A stretch of DNA of 64,000 bases from Hemiscyllium ocellatum (GCF_020745735.1 NC_083402.1:7378001-7442000); one strand, 5' to 3'. Counted from the first letter of the stretch, positions 26,523 through 37,260 are shown. The notes: generated from the letters alone by a model not told the origin. Translations and numbers: made by a program.

Positions 26523-26697
26523 GATGGAAAGGGAAGGCACAGGAGCAGAAAATGGTAAGTGACTAATTGTTCTTCAGCATATTTTATATACTATTCCATT
26601 TTGTGATGAATCTGAATGTTTTAAAGTAATCCTCCGCAATAACAGACAATTCCCCTTCAGTTCAAGCAGCAAGACTCTCTGAGTTACTTATTCAGAC
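26523..26697 (+). pseudogene. Degenerate paralog of the - strand tail exons (partial exon 26523-26554, intron, exon about 26667-26697)
   Basis: acaggagcagaaaatg/gtaagt versus acagcaatagaaaag/gtaacc; gcaagactctctgagttacttattcagac/gtgagt versus gcaagatcctcctggctgcagattcagaagaga/gcgagt. TGA in the homologous frame. Confidence 0.6.
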
Positions 26698-27094
26698 GTG
26701 AGTGAATCAGTCTTTCCTTTCAACACCAGTTCTAATTTCCTCTCCCTTTCTCCCTGACACTCTATCTGCTCCCAGGCTCCAGAATCCCACTCTCCATGTA
26801 CTGGACAGAACCAGTTGGGGCTGTGTGATATAGTTCCTTGTTCCTGACATCTCTAATGCTGTTCAGTCAGATCATTGGGGTTTGATCCCATGACTTCCAA
26901 GCCCCAACTCCTCATCCCAGTGCTCTAGTATTGTTCTGCCAGCCTGCCCATCTTCATTGGGGTGTTCATTTTCTGCACCAATTAGAAGGCAAACAGATTC
27001 TCCCCTATCCTATTAGATGGTACTTGACTGTCGGTCAACAGGTTGTCTCTCCCAGTGTGTTTATCCCGGTCAGGAAGAAAATGAGGGAAAAGAG

Positions 27095-27590
27095 GATGTG
27101 AGGGCATCATGGTAAATTGGCTGGATGGTTAATCCAGAGAACCAGGAAATGTTGAGGGGAACTGGATTTGAATCATATTGCAGGGGGTGGTGGAATTTAT
27201 ATACAAAACAATCTGGAATTAAGAGTCTAATAGTGACTACAAACTCATTCCCACTTGTCAGGAAATACCCATCTGGGTCAGTAATGTCCTTATGGACAGT
27301 AAATGCCATCCTTACAGGGACCGGCCTCCATGTGACACCTGATGAATTCCTGATGAAAGGCTTTTGCCTGCTTTTCAGATGCTGCCTGACCTGCTGTGCT
27401 TTTCCAGCACCACTCTAATCTTGACTCTAATCTCCAGCATCTGTAGTACCCACTTCTGCCGACTTATAACTCCAGACCCATCACCGTATGGTTGGGTTTT
27501 GGTTGCTCTCTGGGCAACTATGGATGGGGAAGAAATGCTGGCCTGGCCAGTGATACACCCATCCTATCAATAAATAAAATAAATGTACAA
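27095..27590 (+). mobile_element. Deu-domain SINE (SacSINE1-like) with a PLE-derived insert at about 27340-27465
   Basis: ccatctgggtcagtaatgtcct core, gggcaactatggatggg...tgctggcctggccagtga tail. Confidence 0.72.
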
Positions 27591-27825
27591 TTGTTGAGGT
27601 AAATGTTCCCCTTTCAGGTAATTCCCCTCAAACTGAAATTATAATTCTGAGCTGCTCTGATTTCTGTTTATTACAGACTTACAAAAATATTATTCCAGGT
27701 ATCACCGACCTGGAGAAGGAAGAACAAGGATCAGCATTCTGATCAGCACAAGAATCATCTCAGCAGGTCTTGTGAACAGAGAACCATTGACACTGTTTTA
27801 TGTGGTTTCCCCCTCCCCAAAAGAA

Positions 27826-29182
27826 AATTATAGGCCAATTAGCCTAACCTCGGTTGTTGGTAAAATTGTACAATCCATCATTAAAGATGAGATTTCTAAA
27901 TTCTTGGAAGAGCAGAGTCTGATTAGAACAAGTCAACATGGATTTAGTAAGGGGAGGTTGTGTCTGACAAACCTGTTGGAATGCTTTGAAGAGGTGACAA
28001 GTAGGTTAGACCAGGGAAACCCAGTGGATGTGGTCTATCTAGACTTCCAAAAGGCCTTTGATAAGGTGTTGAGCAAGGTGAGGGCCCATGGTGTTCGAGG
28101 TGAGCTACTGGTATTGATTGAGGATTTGCTGTCTGACAGAAGGCAGAGAGTTGGGATAAGAGGTTCTTTTTCGGAATGGCAGCCGGTGACAAGCGGTGTC
28201 CTGCAGGGTTCAGTGTTGGGGCTGCAGCTGTTCATATTATATATTAATGATCTGGATGAAGGGACCGGGGGCATTCTAGCGAAGTTTGCCGATGATACGA
28301 AGTTAGGTAGACAGGCAGATAGTACTGAGGAAGTGGAGAGGTTGCAGAAGGATCTAGACAGTTTGGGAGAGTAGTCCAGGAAATAGCTGATGGAATTCAA
28401 CGTGAGCAAATGCGAGGTCTTGCATTTTGTAAAAAAAGAATACAAGCATGGACTACGTTCTAAACAGTGAGAAAATTCGTAAAGCCAAAATACAAAGGGA
28501 CCTGGGAGTGCTAGTCAAGGATTCTCTAAAGATAAACATGCAGGTTGAGTCTGTGATTAAGAAAGCGAATGCAATGTTGTCATTTATCTCAAGAGGGTTG
28601 GAATATAAAAGCACCGTTGTGCTACTGAGACTTTATAAAGCTCTGGTTAGACCCCATTTGCAGTATTATGTCCAGTTTTGACCCCCAGACCTCAGGAAGA
28701 ACATACTGGCACTGGAATGTGTCCAGCAGAGATTCACACGGATGATCCCTGGAATGGTTGGTCTAGCATACGAGGAATAGCTGAGGATCCTGGGATTGTA
28801 TTCATTGGAGTTTAGAAGATTAAGGGGAGATTTAAAAGAAACTTACAAGATAATACATGGCTTGGAAAGATGGACACTAGGAAATTGTTTCCATTAGGCG
28901 AGGAGACTACGACCCGTGGACACAGCCTTAGAATTAGAGGGGGTCAATTCAGAACAGAAATGTGGAGACATTTCTTCAGCCAGAGAGTGGTGGGCCTTGG
29001 AATTCATTGCCGTAGAGTGCAGTGGAGGCTGGGATGCTAAATGTCTTCAAGACAGAGATTGATAAGTTCTTAATGTCACAAGGAATTAAGTGCTACAGGG
29101 AGAGTGCGGGTAAGTGGAGTTGAAATGCCAATCAGCCATGATTGAATGGTGGAATGGACTTGATGGACCTTTCACTCAAAAA
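27826..29182 (+). mobile_element. 5'-truncated CR1 (RT plus 3' UTR)
   Basis: NYRPISLTSVVGK, YLDFQKAFDKV, KFADDTK. Confidence 0.93.
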
Positions 29183-29580
29183 NNNNNNNNNNNNNNNNNN
29201 NNNNNNNNNNNNNNNNNNNNNNNNNNNNNNNNNNNNNNNNNNNNNNNNNNNNNNNNNNNNNNNNNNNNNNNNNNNNNNNNNNNNNNNNNNNNNNNNNNNN
29301 NNNNNNNNNNNNNNNNNNNNNNNNNNNNNNNNNNNNNNNNNNNNNNNNNNNNNNNNNNNNNNNNNNNNNNNNNNNNNNNNNNNNNNNNNNNNNNNNNNNN
29401 NNNNNNNNNNNNNNNNNNNNNNNNNNNNNNNNNNNNNNNNNNNNNNNNNNNNNNNNNNNNNNNNNNNNNNNNNNNNNNNNNNNNNNNNNNNNNNNNNNNN
29501 NNNNNNNNNNNNNNNNNNNNNNNNNNNNNNNNNNNNNNNNNNNNNNNNNNNNNNNNNNNNNNNNNNNNNNNNNNNNNNNN
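29183..29580. other. Assembly gap (N)
   Basis: Run of N. Confidence 1.
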
Positions 29581-29761
29581 GTGTTTGTGGGCTGGCAGAG
29601 ACAGAATTACAGGTCAGGGTGGACAGGGGGTGCCTGGCACGCAACAGTGTGAGACAAAGAGACACCAAGAGACTCGGGTGAGAGAATGCAAGATAAAGAG
29701 AGACCAAGTGTCTTGAGCAAGGGACAGTGTGAAAACAAAGAGACAAGGGAGACCCTAAAGC

Positions 29762-30998
29762 ATGAAGAAGTAACAAAGAGGTTAGATGAGGGCAGAGCTG
29801 TAGATGTGATCTATATGGACTTCAGTAAGGCATTCGACAGGGGTCCCCATGAGAGACTGGTTAGCAAGGTGAGATCTCATGGAATACAGGGAGAACTAGC
29901 CATTTGGATTCAGAACTGACTCAATGGTCGAAGACAGAGGGTGGTGGTGGGGGGTTGTTTTTTAGACTGGAGGCCTGTGACCAGTGGAGTGCCACAAGGA
30001 TCGGTGCTGGGTCCACTACGTTTTGTCATTTACATAAATGATTTGGATGCGAACATAAGAGGTACAGTTGGTAAGTGTGTAGATGACACCAAAACTGGAG
30101 GTGCAGTGGACAGTGAAGAAGGTTACCTCAGATTATAACAGGATCTTGACCAGATGGGCAATGGGCTGAGAAGTGGCAAATGGAGTTTAATTCAGATAAA
30201 TGCGAGGTGCTGCATTTTGCGAAAGAAGATCTTAGCAGGATTTATACACTTAATGGTAAGGTCCTAGGGAGTGTTGCTGAACAAAGGGACCTTGAAGTGC
30301 AGGTTCATAGCTCCTTGAAAGTGGAGTTGCAGGTAGATAAGATGGTGAAGGAGCGTTTAGTATGATTTCATTTATTGGTCAGAGTATTGCGTACAGCAGT
30401 TGGGAGGACATGTTGCAGCTGTACAGGACATTGGTTTGGCCACTGTTGGAATATTGCATGCAATTCTGGTCTCCTTCCTATTGGAAGGCTGCTGTGAAAC
30501 TTGAAAGGATTCAGAAAAGATTTACAAGGATGTTGCCAGCATTGAAGGATTTGAGCTACAGGGAGAGATCTGAACAGGCTGGGGCTGTTTCCCCTGGAGC
30601 GTCGGAGGCTGAGGGGTGACCTTATAGTGGTTTACAAAATTATGAGGGACATGGATAGGATAAATAGACAAAGTCTTTTCCCTGGGGTTGGGGAGTCCAG
30701 AACTAGAGATCACATGTTTAAGGTGAGAGAGGAAAGATATAAAAGAGACCTAAGGGATGACTTTTTCAGACAGATTTTGGTACGTGTATGAAATGAGCTG
30801 CCAGGGTAAGTGGTGGAAGCTGGTACAATTGCCACATTTAAAAGGCATTTGGATGGGTATATGAATAGGAAGAGTTTGGTGGGAAATGGGCCGGGTGCTG
30901 GCAGGTGGGAATAGATTGGGTTGGGATATCTGTTCGGCATGGACGGATTGGAACGAAGGGTCTGTTTCCATGCTGTACATCTGTATGACTCTGACTCT
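29762..30998 (+). mobile_element. 5'-truncated CR1
   Basis: [22 protein letters not shown], 3' tail gactctgactct. Confidence 0.93.
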
Positions 30999-31350
30999 AA
31001 ATGGAATCAGACACAGCCGGGAGAGATAATGGCAGGATAGAACTGAAAAGAAAAACCCAGTGGGTTCCAGATCAGTCTGTGTTTGAGAAAAATAAAACCT
31101 TAACTAAAGATATGACAGAGGACTGATGGAATAGGGAGGGAACTGAATCAGAACAGGAAGCTTGGTGGCTGGGTCAAAGAAAGAGAAAGGGAAACAATGG
31201 GTTAATCAGCTTTGTGGCTCTGTTTAAACAGAATACAAAAAAGGAACAGAATTAAGCTGAAATAGCTGCAGTGTTATAAAGTCTGGTTGAAGATTTGTAG
31301 CTCGGGTGTCCGTTGTTGTGGTTCTGTTCGCCGAGCTGGAAGTTTTTGCT

Positions 31351-31390
31351 GCAAACGTTTCGTTCCCTGGCTAGGGAACATCATCAGTGC
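31351..31390 (-). ncRNA. Minimal hammerhead ribozyme motif (left arm copy)
   Basis: Exact reverse complement of 33984-34023. Confidence 0.75.
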
Positions 31391-32640
31391 TATTGGAGCC
31401 TCCTGTGAAGCGCTGCTTTGATGTTTCTTCCGGTATTTATAGTGGTTTGTTCTTGCCGCTTCCGGGTGTCAGTTTCAGCTGTAGTAGTTTGTATGTGGGG
31501 TCCAGGTTGATGTGTCTGTTGGTGGATCTTCTTGCCATTTCCGGGTGTCAGTTTCAGCTGTAGTGGTTTGTATATGGGGTCCAGGTCTATGTGTCTGTTA
31601 ATGGAGTTTGTGGATGAATGCCATGCCTCTAGGAATTCCCTGGCTGTTCTCTGTCTGGCTTGTCCTATGATGGTAGTGTTTTCCCAGTCAAATTCATGTT
31701 CCTGGTTGTCTGAGTGTATGGCTACTAGGGATAGCTGGTCGTGTCGTTTTGTGGCTAGCTGATGTTCGTGGATGCGGATTGTTAGCTGTCTTCCTATTTG
31801 TCCTATATAGTGTTTTGTGCAGTCCTTGCATGGTATTTTGTAAACTACGTTAGTTTGGCTCGTGCTGGCTATCGGGTCCTTTGTTCTAGTGAGTTGTTGT
31901 CTGAGTGTGGAAGTTGGCTTATGTGCTGTTATGAGTCCTAAGGGTCGCAGTAGTCTGGCTGTCAGTTCTGAGACGCTCCTGACGTATGGTAGTGTGGCTA
32001 GTCCTTTTGGTTGTGGCATGTCCTCGTTCCGTGGTCTATCTCTTAGGCATCTGGTGATAAAGTTGCGTGGGTATCCGTTTTTGGCGAATACCTTGTATAG
32101 GTGTTCCTCTTCCTCTTTTCGCAGTTCTGGTGTACTGCAGTGTGTTGTGGCTCTTTTGAATAGTGTCCTGATGCAGCTTCGTTTGTGTGTGTTGGGGTGG
32201 TTACTTTCATAGTTTAGGACTTGGTCTGTGTGTGTTGGTTTCCTGTGTACCCTTGTGGTGAATTCTCCGTTGGGTGTTCTCTCTACTAACACATCTAGGA
32301 ATGGGAGTTGGCTATCCTTTTCCTCTTCTCTCGTGAATCGTATTCCTGTGAGTGTGGCGTTGATGATTCGGTGTGTTTTTTCTATTTCTGTGTTTTTGAT
32401 GATTACAAAGGTGTCATCGACGTATCTGATCCAGAGTTTGGGTTGGATTTGTGGTATGGCTGTATGTTCTAGCCTTTGCATAACTGCCTCTGCTATGAGT
32501 CCCGAGATTGGTGATCCCATGGGTGTTCCGTTGATTTGTTCGTATATCTGATTGTTGAATGTAAAGTGTGTGGTGAGGCACAGGTCTAGTAGTTTAAGTA
32601 TGCCGTCCTTGTTGATAGGTTCGGCCTCCTGTGTTCTGTT
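31390..32640 (-). CDS. PLE RT C-terminal half plus GIY-YIG endonuclease (left arm, open, 5'-truncated)
   Basis: GTPMGSPIS, WIRYVDDTF, NVVYKIPCKDC...YIGQ; the listed ORF is 31390-32520. Confidence 0.88.
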   Translation of the reverse strand, partial: NRTQEAEPINKDGILKLLDLCLTTHFTFNNQIYEQINGTPMGSPISGLIAEAVMQRLEHTAIPQIQPKLWIRYVDDTFVIIKNTEIEKTHRIINATLTGIRFTREEEKDSQLPFLDVLVERTPNGEFTTRVHRKPTHTDQVLNYESNHPNTHKRSCIRTLFKRATTHCSTPELRKEEEEHLYKVFAKNGYPRNFITRCLRDRPRNEDMPQPKGLATLPYVRSVSELTARLLRPLGLITAHKPTSTLRQQLTRTKDPIASTSQTNVVYKIPCKDCTKHYIGQIGRQLTIRIHEHQLATKRHDQLSLVAIHSDNQEHEFDWENTTIIGQARQRTAREFLEAWHSSTNSINRHIDLDPIYKPLQLKLTPGNGKKIHQQTHQPGPHIQTTTAETDTRKRQEQTTINTGRNIKAALHRRLQ

Positions 32641-33984
32641 ATGACAATTGACAAAACCCTAGCCAGAGAAACAATAGCCAACCTACTGAACATACATAAC
32701 AGAACACAGGAGGCCGAACCTATCAACAAGGACGGCATACTTAAACTACTAGACCTGTGCCTCACCACACACTTTACATTCAACAATCAGATATACGAAC
32801 AAATCAACGGAACACCCATGGGATCACCAATCTCGGGACTCATAGCAGAGGCAGTTATGCAAAGGTTAGAACATACAGCCCTATCACAAATCCAACCCAA
32901 ACTCTGGATCAGATACGTCGATGACACCTTTGTAATCATCAAAAACACAGAAATAGAAAAAACACACCGAATCATCAACGCCACACTCACAGGAATACAA
33001 TTCACCAGAGAAGAGGAAAAGGATAGCCAACTCCCATTCCTAGACGTGTTAGTAGAGAGAACACCCAACGGAGAATTCACCACAAGGGTACACAGGAAAC
33101 CAACACACACAGACCAAGTCCTAAACTATGAAAGTAACCACCCCAACACACACAAACGAAGCTGCATCAGGACACTATTCAAAAGAGCCACAACACACTG
33201 CAGTACACCAGAACTGCGAAAAGAGGAAGAGGAACACCTATACAAGGTATTCGCCAAAAACGGATACCCACGCAACTTTATCACCAGATGCCTAAGAGAT
33301 AGACCACGGAACGAGGACATGCCACAACCAAAAGGACTAGCCACACTACCATACGTCAGGAGCGTCTCAGAACTGACAGCCAGACTACTGCGACCCTTAG
33401 GACTCATAACAGCACACAAGCCAACTTCCACACTCAGACAACAACTCACTAGAACAAAGGACCCGATATCTGCAGACCTCATTTTTTACTCAAAGGACCC
33501 GATAGCCAGCACGAGCCAAACTAACGTAGTTTACAAAATACCATGCAAGGACTGCACAAAACACTATATAGGACAAACAGGAAGACAGCTAACAATCCGC
33601 ATCCACGAACATCAGCTAGCCACAAAACGACGCGACCAGCTATCCCTCGTAGCCATACACTCAGACAACCAGGAACATGAATTTGACTGGGAAAACACTA
33701 CCATCATAGGACAAGCCAGACAGAGAACAGCCAGGGAATTCCTAGAGGCATGGCATTCATCCACAAACTCCACTAACAGACACATAGACCTGGACCCCAT
33801 ATACAAACCACTACAGCTGAAACTGACACCCGGAAACGGCAAGAAGATCCACCAACAGACACATCAACCTGGACCCCACATACAAACTACTACAGCTGAA
33901 ACTGACACCCGGAAGCGGCAAGAACAAACTACTATAAATACCGGAAGAAACATCAAAGCAGCGCTTCACAGGAGGCTCCAATAG
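32641..33984 (+). CDS. PLE RT C-terminal half plus GIY-YIG endonuclease (right arm, 447 aa, 5'-truncated)
   Basis: YEQINGTPMGSPIS, RYVDD, LPFLDV, VVYKIPC...YIGQTGR; short RT-EN linker. Confidence 0.9.
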   Translation: MTIDKTLARETIANLLNIHNRTQEAEPINKDGILKLLDLCLTTHFTFNNQIYEQINGTPMGSPISGLIAEAVMQRLEHTALSQIQPKLWIRYVDDTFVIIKNTEIEKTHRIINATLTGIQFTREEEKDSQLPFLDVLVERTPNGEFTTRVHRKPTHTDQVLNYESNHPNTHKRSCIRTLFKRATTHCSTPELRKEEEEHLYKVFAKNGYPRNFITRCLRDRPRNEDMPQPKGLATLPYVRSVSELTARLLRPLGLITAHKPTSTLRQQLTRTKDPISADLIFYSKDPIASTSQTNVVYKIPCKDCTKHYIGQTGRQLTIRIHEHQLATKRRDQLSLVAIHSDNQEHEFDWENTTIIGQARQRTAREFLEAWHSSTNSTNRHIDLDPIYKPLQLKLTPGNGKKIHQQTHQPGPHIQTTTAETDTRKRQEQTTINTGRNIKAALHRRLQ

Positions 33985-34023
33985 CACTGATGATGTTCCC
34001 TAGCCAGGGAACGAAACGTTTGC
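33984..34023 (+). ncRNA. Minimal hammerhead ribozyme motif in the PLE terminal repeat
   Basis: GCA-CUGAUGA-u-GUUCCC-uagcca-GGGAAC-GAAA-CG-UU-UGC: core, helix II and a 3-bp helix I. Confidence 0.75.
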
Positions 34024-34859
34024 AGCAAAAACTTCCAGCTCGGCGAACAGAACCACAACAACAGTGTTATACGTGAAAAAGTGAGAGGGGAAGCATGAAT
34101 TTCTGCACCGGGCTGGTTTTCTGAACTTTGTCGAAGGGTTAACTCTTTGTGGTTTGGTTTGAATGCACGAGTGTTGTTTGCAAAATGTTGTCTTGTGCAA
34201 TTTATGTGTTTTTGTTTCTTTGAACTTTAGATCTGGGGATATGTTGAAGTTAGTTTGCATTTTGGAAATGTTTGGTGATTTGGAAGCATGACATATGCCA
34301 TATGTGAGCCAGTCTGGTTAATATAATGTCCGTTTAAGAAACTATCAGTGGTTGTGCATGGCAGAAGTCTGTGACAAAATGTTGATTTAAGAAGTTGGTT
34401 CGTCAAGCTTGGTAAAAGCTTTTGGAATTGGCTCCGTGCTGTGTTTGGACTTGGGTAAAATTTTCATTCCAGAAATTACCATGTTTGGGATTGCAGTTTC
34501 TTGCCAGAATGAACTTCCAAACACTGTTCTAACACATGAGTGAATCTTTAATTCCTGATGATAAGATTTGCTCATTGTAAAGGTACTTTGATGTGAGACA
34601 ATCAAAACAAAATATGAAATGTGGAATCTTGGAAATACAATTCCCTTTGGTCAAAATTCTGATGGTTTGTTCTAAAATCTGATAAAGCTGATAAAATAAT
34701 TCGGAAAGGCAAATTTAACAAAAGAGGTGGGTTTTTTTTTCTAAAGTATAACATATATTTTGTTGGAGGAGGAATGATGGATGATTGAATTACCTGCAAG
34801 AGCATGTGCCCCCTCCCCTTTTTCCATTGTTGAAAACTAATTAATCCATTCTGCTTCTC

Positions 34860-35035
34860 ATGGAATGGATGGATACTTCCTTTCGAAATTTTGAATCTAT
34901 GGATGATGTTATTTTATCGCTACTGGGTGAAGGGACCTGTAAATAGAGACTGGAGGACAAAAATATTAAGGAATTAACACAAGTTAAGAGAGCACTCAAT
35001 TGGGCTCGGAAGGCAGAACATCAACAAGGAGCTAG
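34860..35035 (+). pseudogene. Possible ERV gag N-terminal remnant
   Basis: MEWMDTSFRNFESMDDVILSLLGEGTCK*RLEDKNIKELTQVKRALNW, upstream of the gag-pol remnant; no diagnostic motif. Confidence 0.22.
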
Positions 35036-35620
35036 CACACAATGGCCGAGTGGTATGATCGCTGGGCTGTTCATCCAAAGACCCAGGTAAGGTTCTGGGT
35101 GCTCGGGTTTGAATCCCACCATGGCAGACAGTGGGGTTTGAATTCAATAAATATCTGGAATCAAGATTCTAATGCTGACCATGAAACCAATAAACCCATC
35201 TGGGTCATAATGTCCTTGAGGGAAGGGAACAGGCATCCTTTCCTGGTTTGGCCTACATGTGACTCCAGACCCAATGCGGTTGACTCTTAACTGCCCTCAG
35301 TAAAAACAATGGCCACAGATGCTGGAAACCAGATTTTGGATTAGTGGCACTGGAAGAGCACAGCAGTTCAGGCAGCATCCGAGGAGCAGTAAAATCAACA
35401 TTTCGGGCAAAAACCCTTCATCAGGAATACTGCCGTAGTATTCCTGATTAAGGGCTTTTGCCCGAAACATTGATTTTACCGCTCCTCGGATGCTGCCTGA
35501 AATGCTGTGCTCTTTCAGCACCACTAATCCAGAAAGTTAACTGCCCTCTGGGCAATTAGGGATGGACAATCAATGCTGGCCCTGTCAGTGATGCTCTCAT
35601 TCCCTGCATGAATAAAAAAG
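35030..35620 (+). mobile_element. Deu-domain SINE (SacSINE1-like) interrupted by a hairpin mini-element
   Basis: tRNA-like head, ggcctacatgtgactccagacc core, gggcaattagggatgg tail. Confidence 0.8.
35299..35536. mobile_element. Head-to-head hammerhead-bearing mini-element with a 12-bp TSD
   Basis: TTAACTGCCCTC at 35287-35298 and 35537-35548; arms meet at caggaatac-tgccgta-gtattcctg; each arm carries CUGAU(G/U)A-GGGC/U...GCCC-GAAA. Confidence 0.85.
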
Positions 35621-35624
35621 AGAA

Positions 35625-37056
35625 GTTGTGACAGGGAATACACACAGACAGGGGGCCTGCCCGAAGCAGCGGAAGGAAAGAGAGTGATTTGTGTGCAATA
35701 ACTTCACCAAGAACTGCCACAATAAGAAATGTGAGAGTAGTGGAGAATGAGGACACAACGGAGAGAACTGCTGGTTCCCCAGGGGAGGCAGGCACGGACA
35801 GGAACCAAGGCAGAATCAGGGAAACACCCAGCCAGTTGCCAATGGCAACAGCAGTGAGAGGACTGTCATACAATTTACAGCAAGAGAGCTGCAGAAACTA
35901 ATCGTGAACAGGTGATGGCTGGTGGTGCTCGGACAAATAGAAGGGGATAACCAGGTGTATATAAGCACGCTGTTAGGGGGCCGGCCGTGCAGTATGTTCA
36001 TAGGCACTGGAGCCTCTATCTGTATTACAGATTTGGATTTGCCATTATCAAATAAAAATTTAAAAGTACAGGGAGGGAGTAGTGGGATTCAACCAGCCAC
36101 TCTCAGCCAACTGCTTGAAATAAAAATAGCTGATTGTGTAATTAATTCTCCTATTTATGTGTGTAAAAATACTGAAGGTGGTGTCCTGGGGTTGGATTTA
36201 TTGGAATAAGTTGGAGCCATAATTGATGTGCGAGAGGCCAAAATGGGCTCACCAGTTTAAATTCGGAAAGACAAGGATTGCCTGCCTCCTTAAGAGTATC
36301 CGTGCTGTCACAATAGAGTGGGAATGGGATTCCGAGAACCCCGACCACAAAATGGCGATGATGTGTCCCAAATTATGAGCAACCCCCAAAACCCAGTGAA
36401 GGAGATTGGACATAACACCGACTGAAATTCCTGGGAATGTACACCCACCTGAAAGACAGTACCCCATCAGACCTGAAGCTGTTGAGGCAATTAAAGAGAA
36501 TGAGAATGGTTTGGAGAAACAGGGAATAATAAAAGAAACTTGTTCCACCACAAACACCCAGAATTGGCCAGTGAAGAAACCCGAAGGATCATACAGAATA
36601 ACGACTGACTATAGCAGTCTAAAGAAATATGCAGATAAACTGGGGCCTGGTGATGCAGATCCCAACACTATAATAAACAATATAGGGTCAGAAACCAAGA
36701 CCTTTATAATCCTAGATATAGCAAATGGGTTCTGGACTCTGCCTATAGACCCCAAACACCAATATACATTTGCCTTTACCACAGGTGACTGACAGTATAC
36801 CTGGACAAGAGTACCACAAGGGCTCCTCATTAGCTCTGCTATATTCCACCAGGCAATGGCAGATGTAATAGCAAAAGTTCCCAAAACAGAGTGTGTAAGA
36901 TTACTATAGGTTGACGATATGCTGATTGCTTCTACTACTGAGGGAAAACACTACAAGACAGGACTGAAAACGTTAAAAACCATTGTAGCTTCTGGATTAA
37001 AAATAAAACCAAAGAAAGCACAGCTCGGCAAACTGGAAGTGTCTTACATGGGACAA
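35625..37056 (+). mobile_element. pol: ERV gag C-terminus (zinc-knuckle remnants), in-frame TGA, protease and RT N-terminal half (decayed)
   Basis: HRQGAC and CESSGE*GHNGENC; TGA at 35913-35915, then FIGTGAS (DTGA site); RT PPERQYPIRPEA, WPVKKPEGSYR, LDIANGFW, QYTWTRVPQG, *VDD at 36907-36918. Confidence 0.88.
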
Positions 37057-37260
37057 AGTTAAAAATCACACAACACCAGGTTCGAGTCCAACAGGTTTAT
37101 TTGGAAGTACGAGCTTCCAGGGCGCTGCTCCTTCATCAGGTCGCTGTGGAGAGGATCATCAGGCACAGAATTTATAGCAAAAGATCATGCAACTGAAACG
37201 ATAGATTGATCAAACCTAGATTGGTGTTACAGTTTTAGGTTCATTATTATGTAAATCCCA
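37057..37260 (-). mobile_element. Neptune-type PLE terminal-repeat fragment with a degenerate hammerhead
   Basis: Same family as 57640 and 60190; reverse strand cctgatgaaggagcagcgccctggaagc. Confidence 0.7.

Larger units (their letters stand above)
31279..34061. mobile_element. Penelope/Poseidon-type PLE inserted as a 2.8-kb head-to-head inverted repeat with a 10-bp TSD
   Basis: 31279-32643 is the reverse complement of about 32695-34061 (51-nt spacer); CAGTGTTATA at 31269-31278 and 34062-34071. Confidence 0.92.

Noticed and set aside
26776-26830. Acceptor-like ctcccag followed by a short open frame
   Set aside because: The region aligns to intron sequence of the minus-strand copy, and there is no convincing donor or motif.
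31279-34061. PLE palindrome as a fold-back sequencing artefact
   Set aside because: The arms differ by several substitutions, a 36-nt insertion and 3' length, and the unit has a 10-bp TSD. Long-read confirmation is still advisable.
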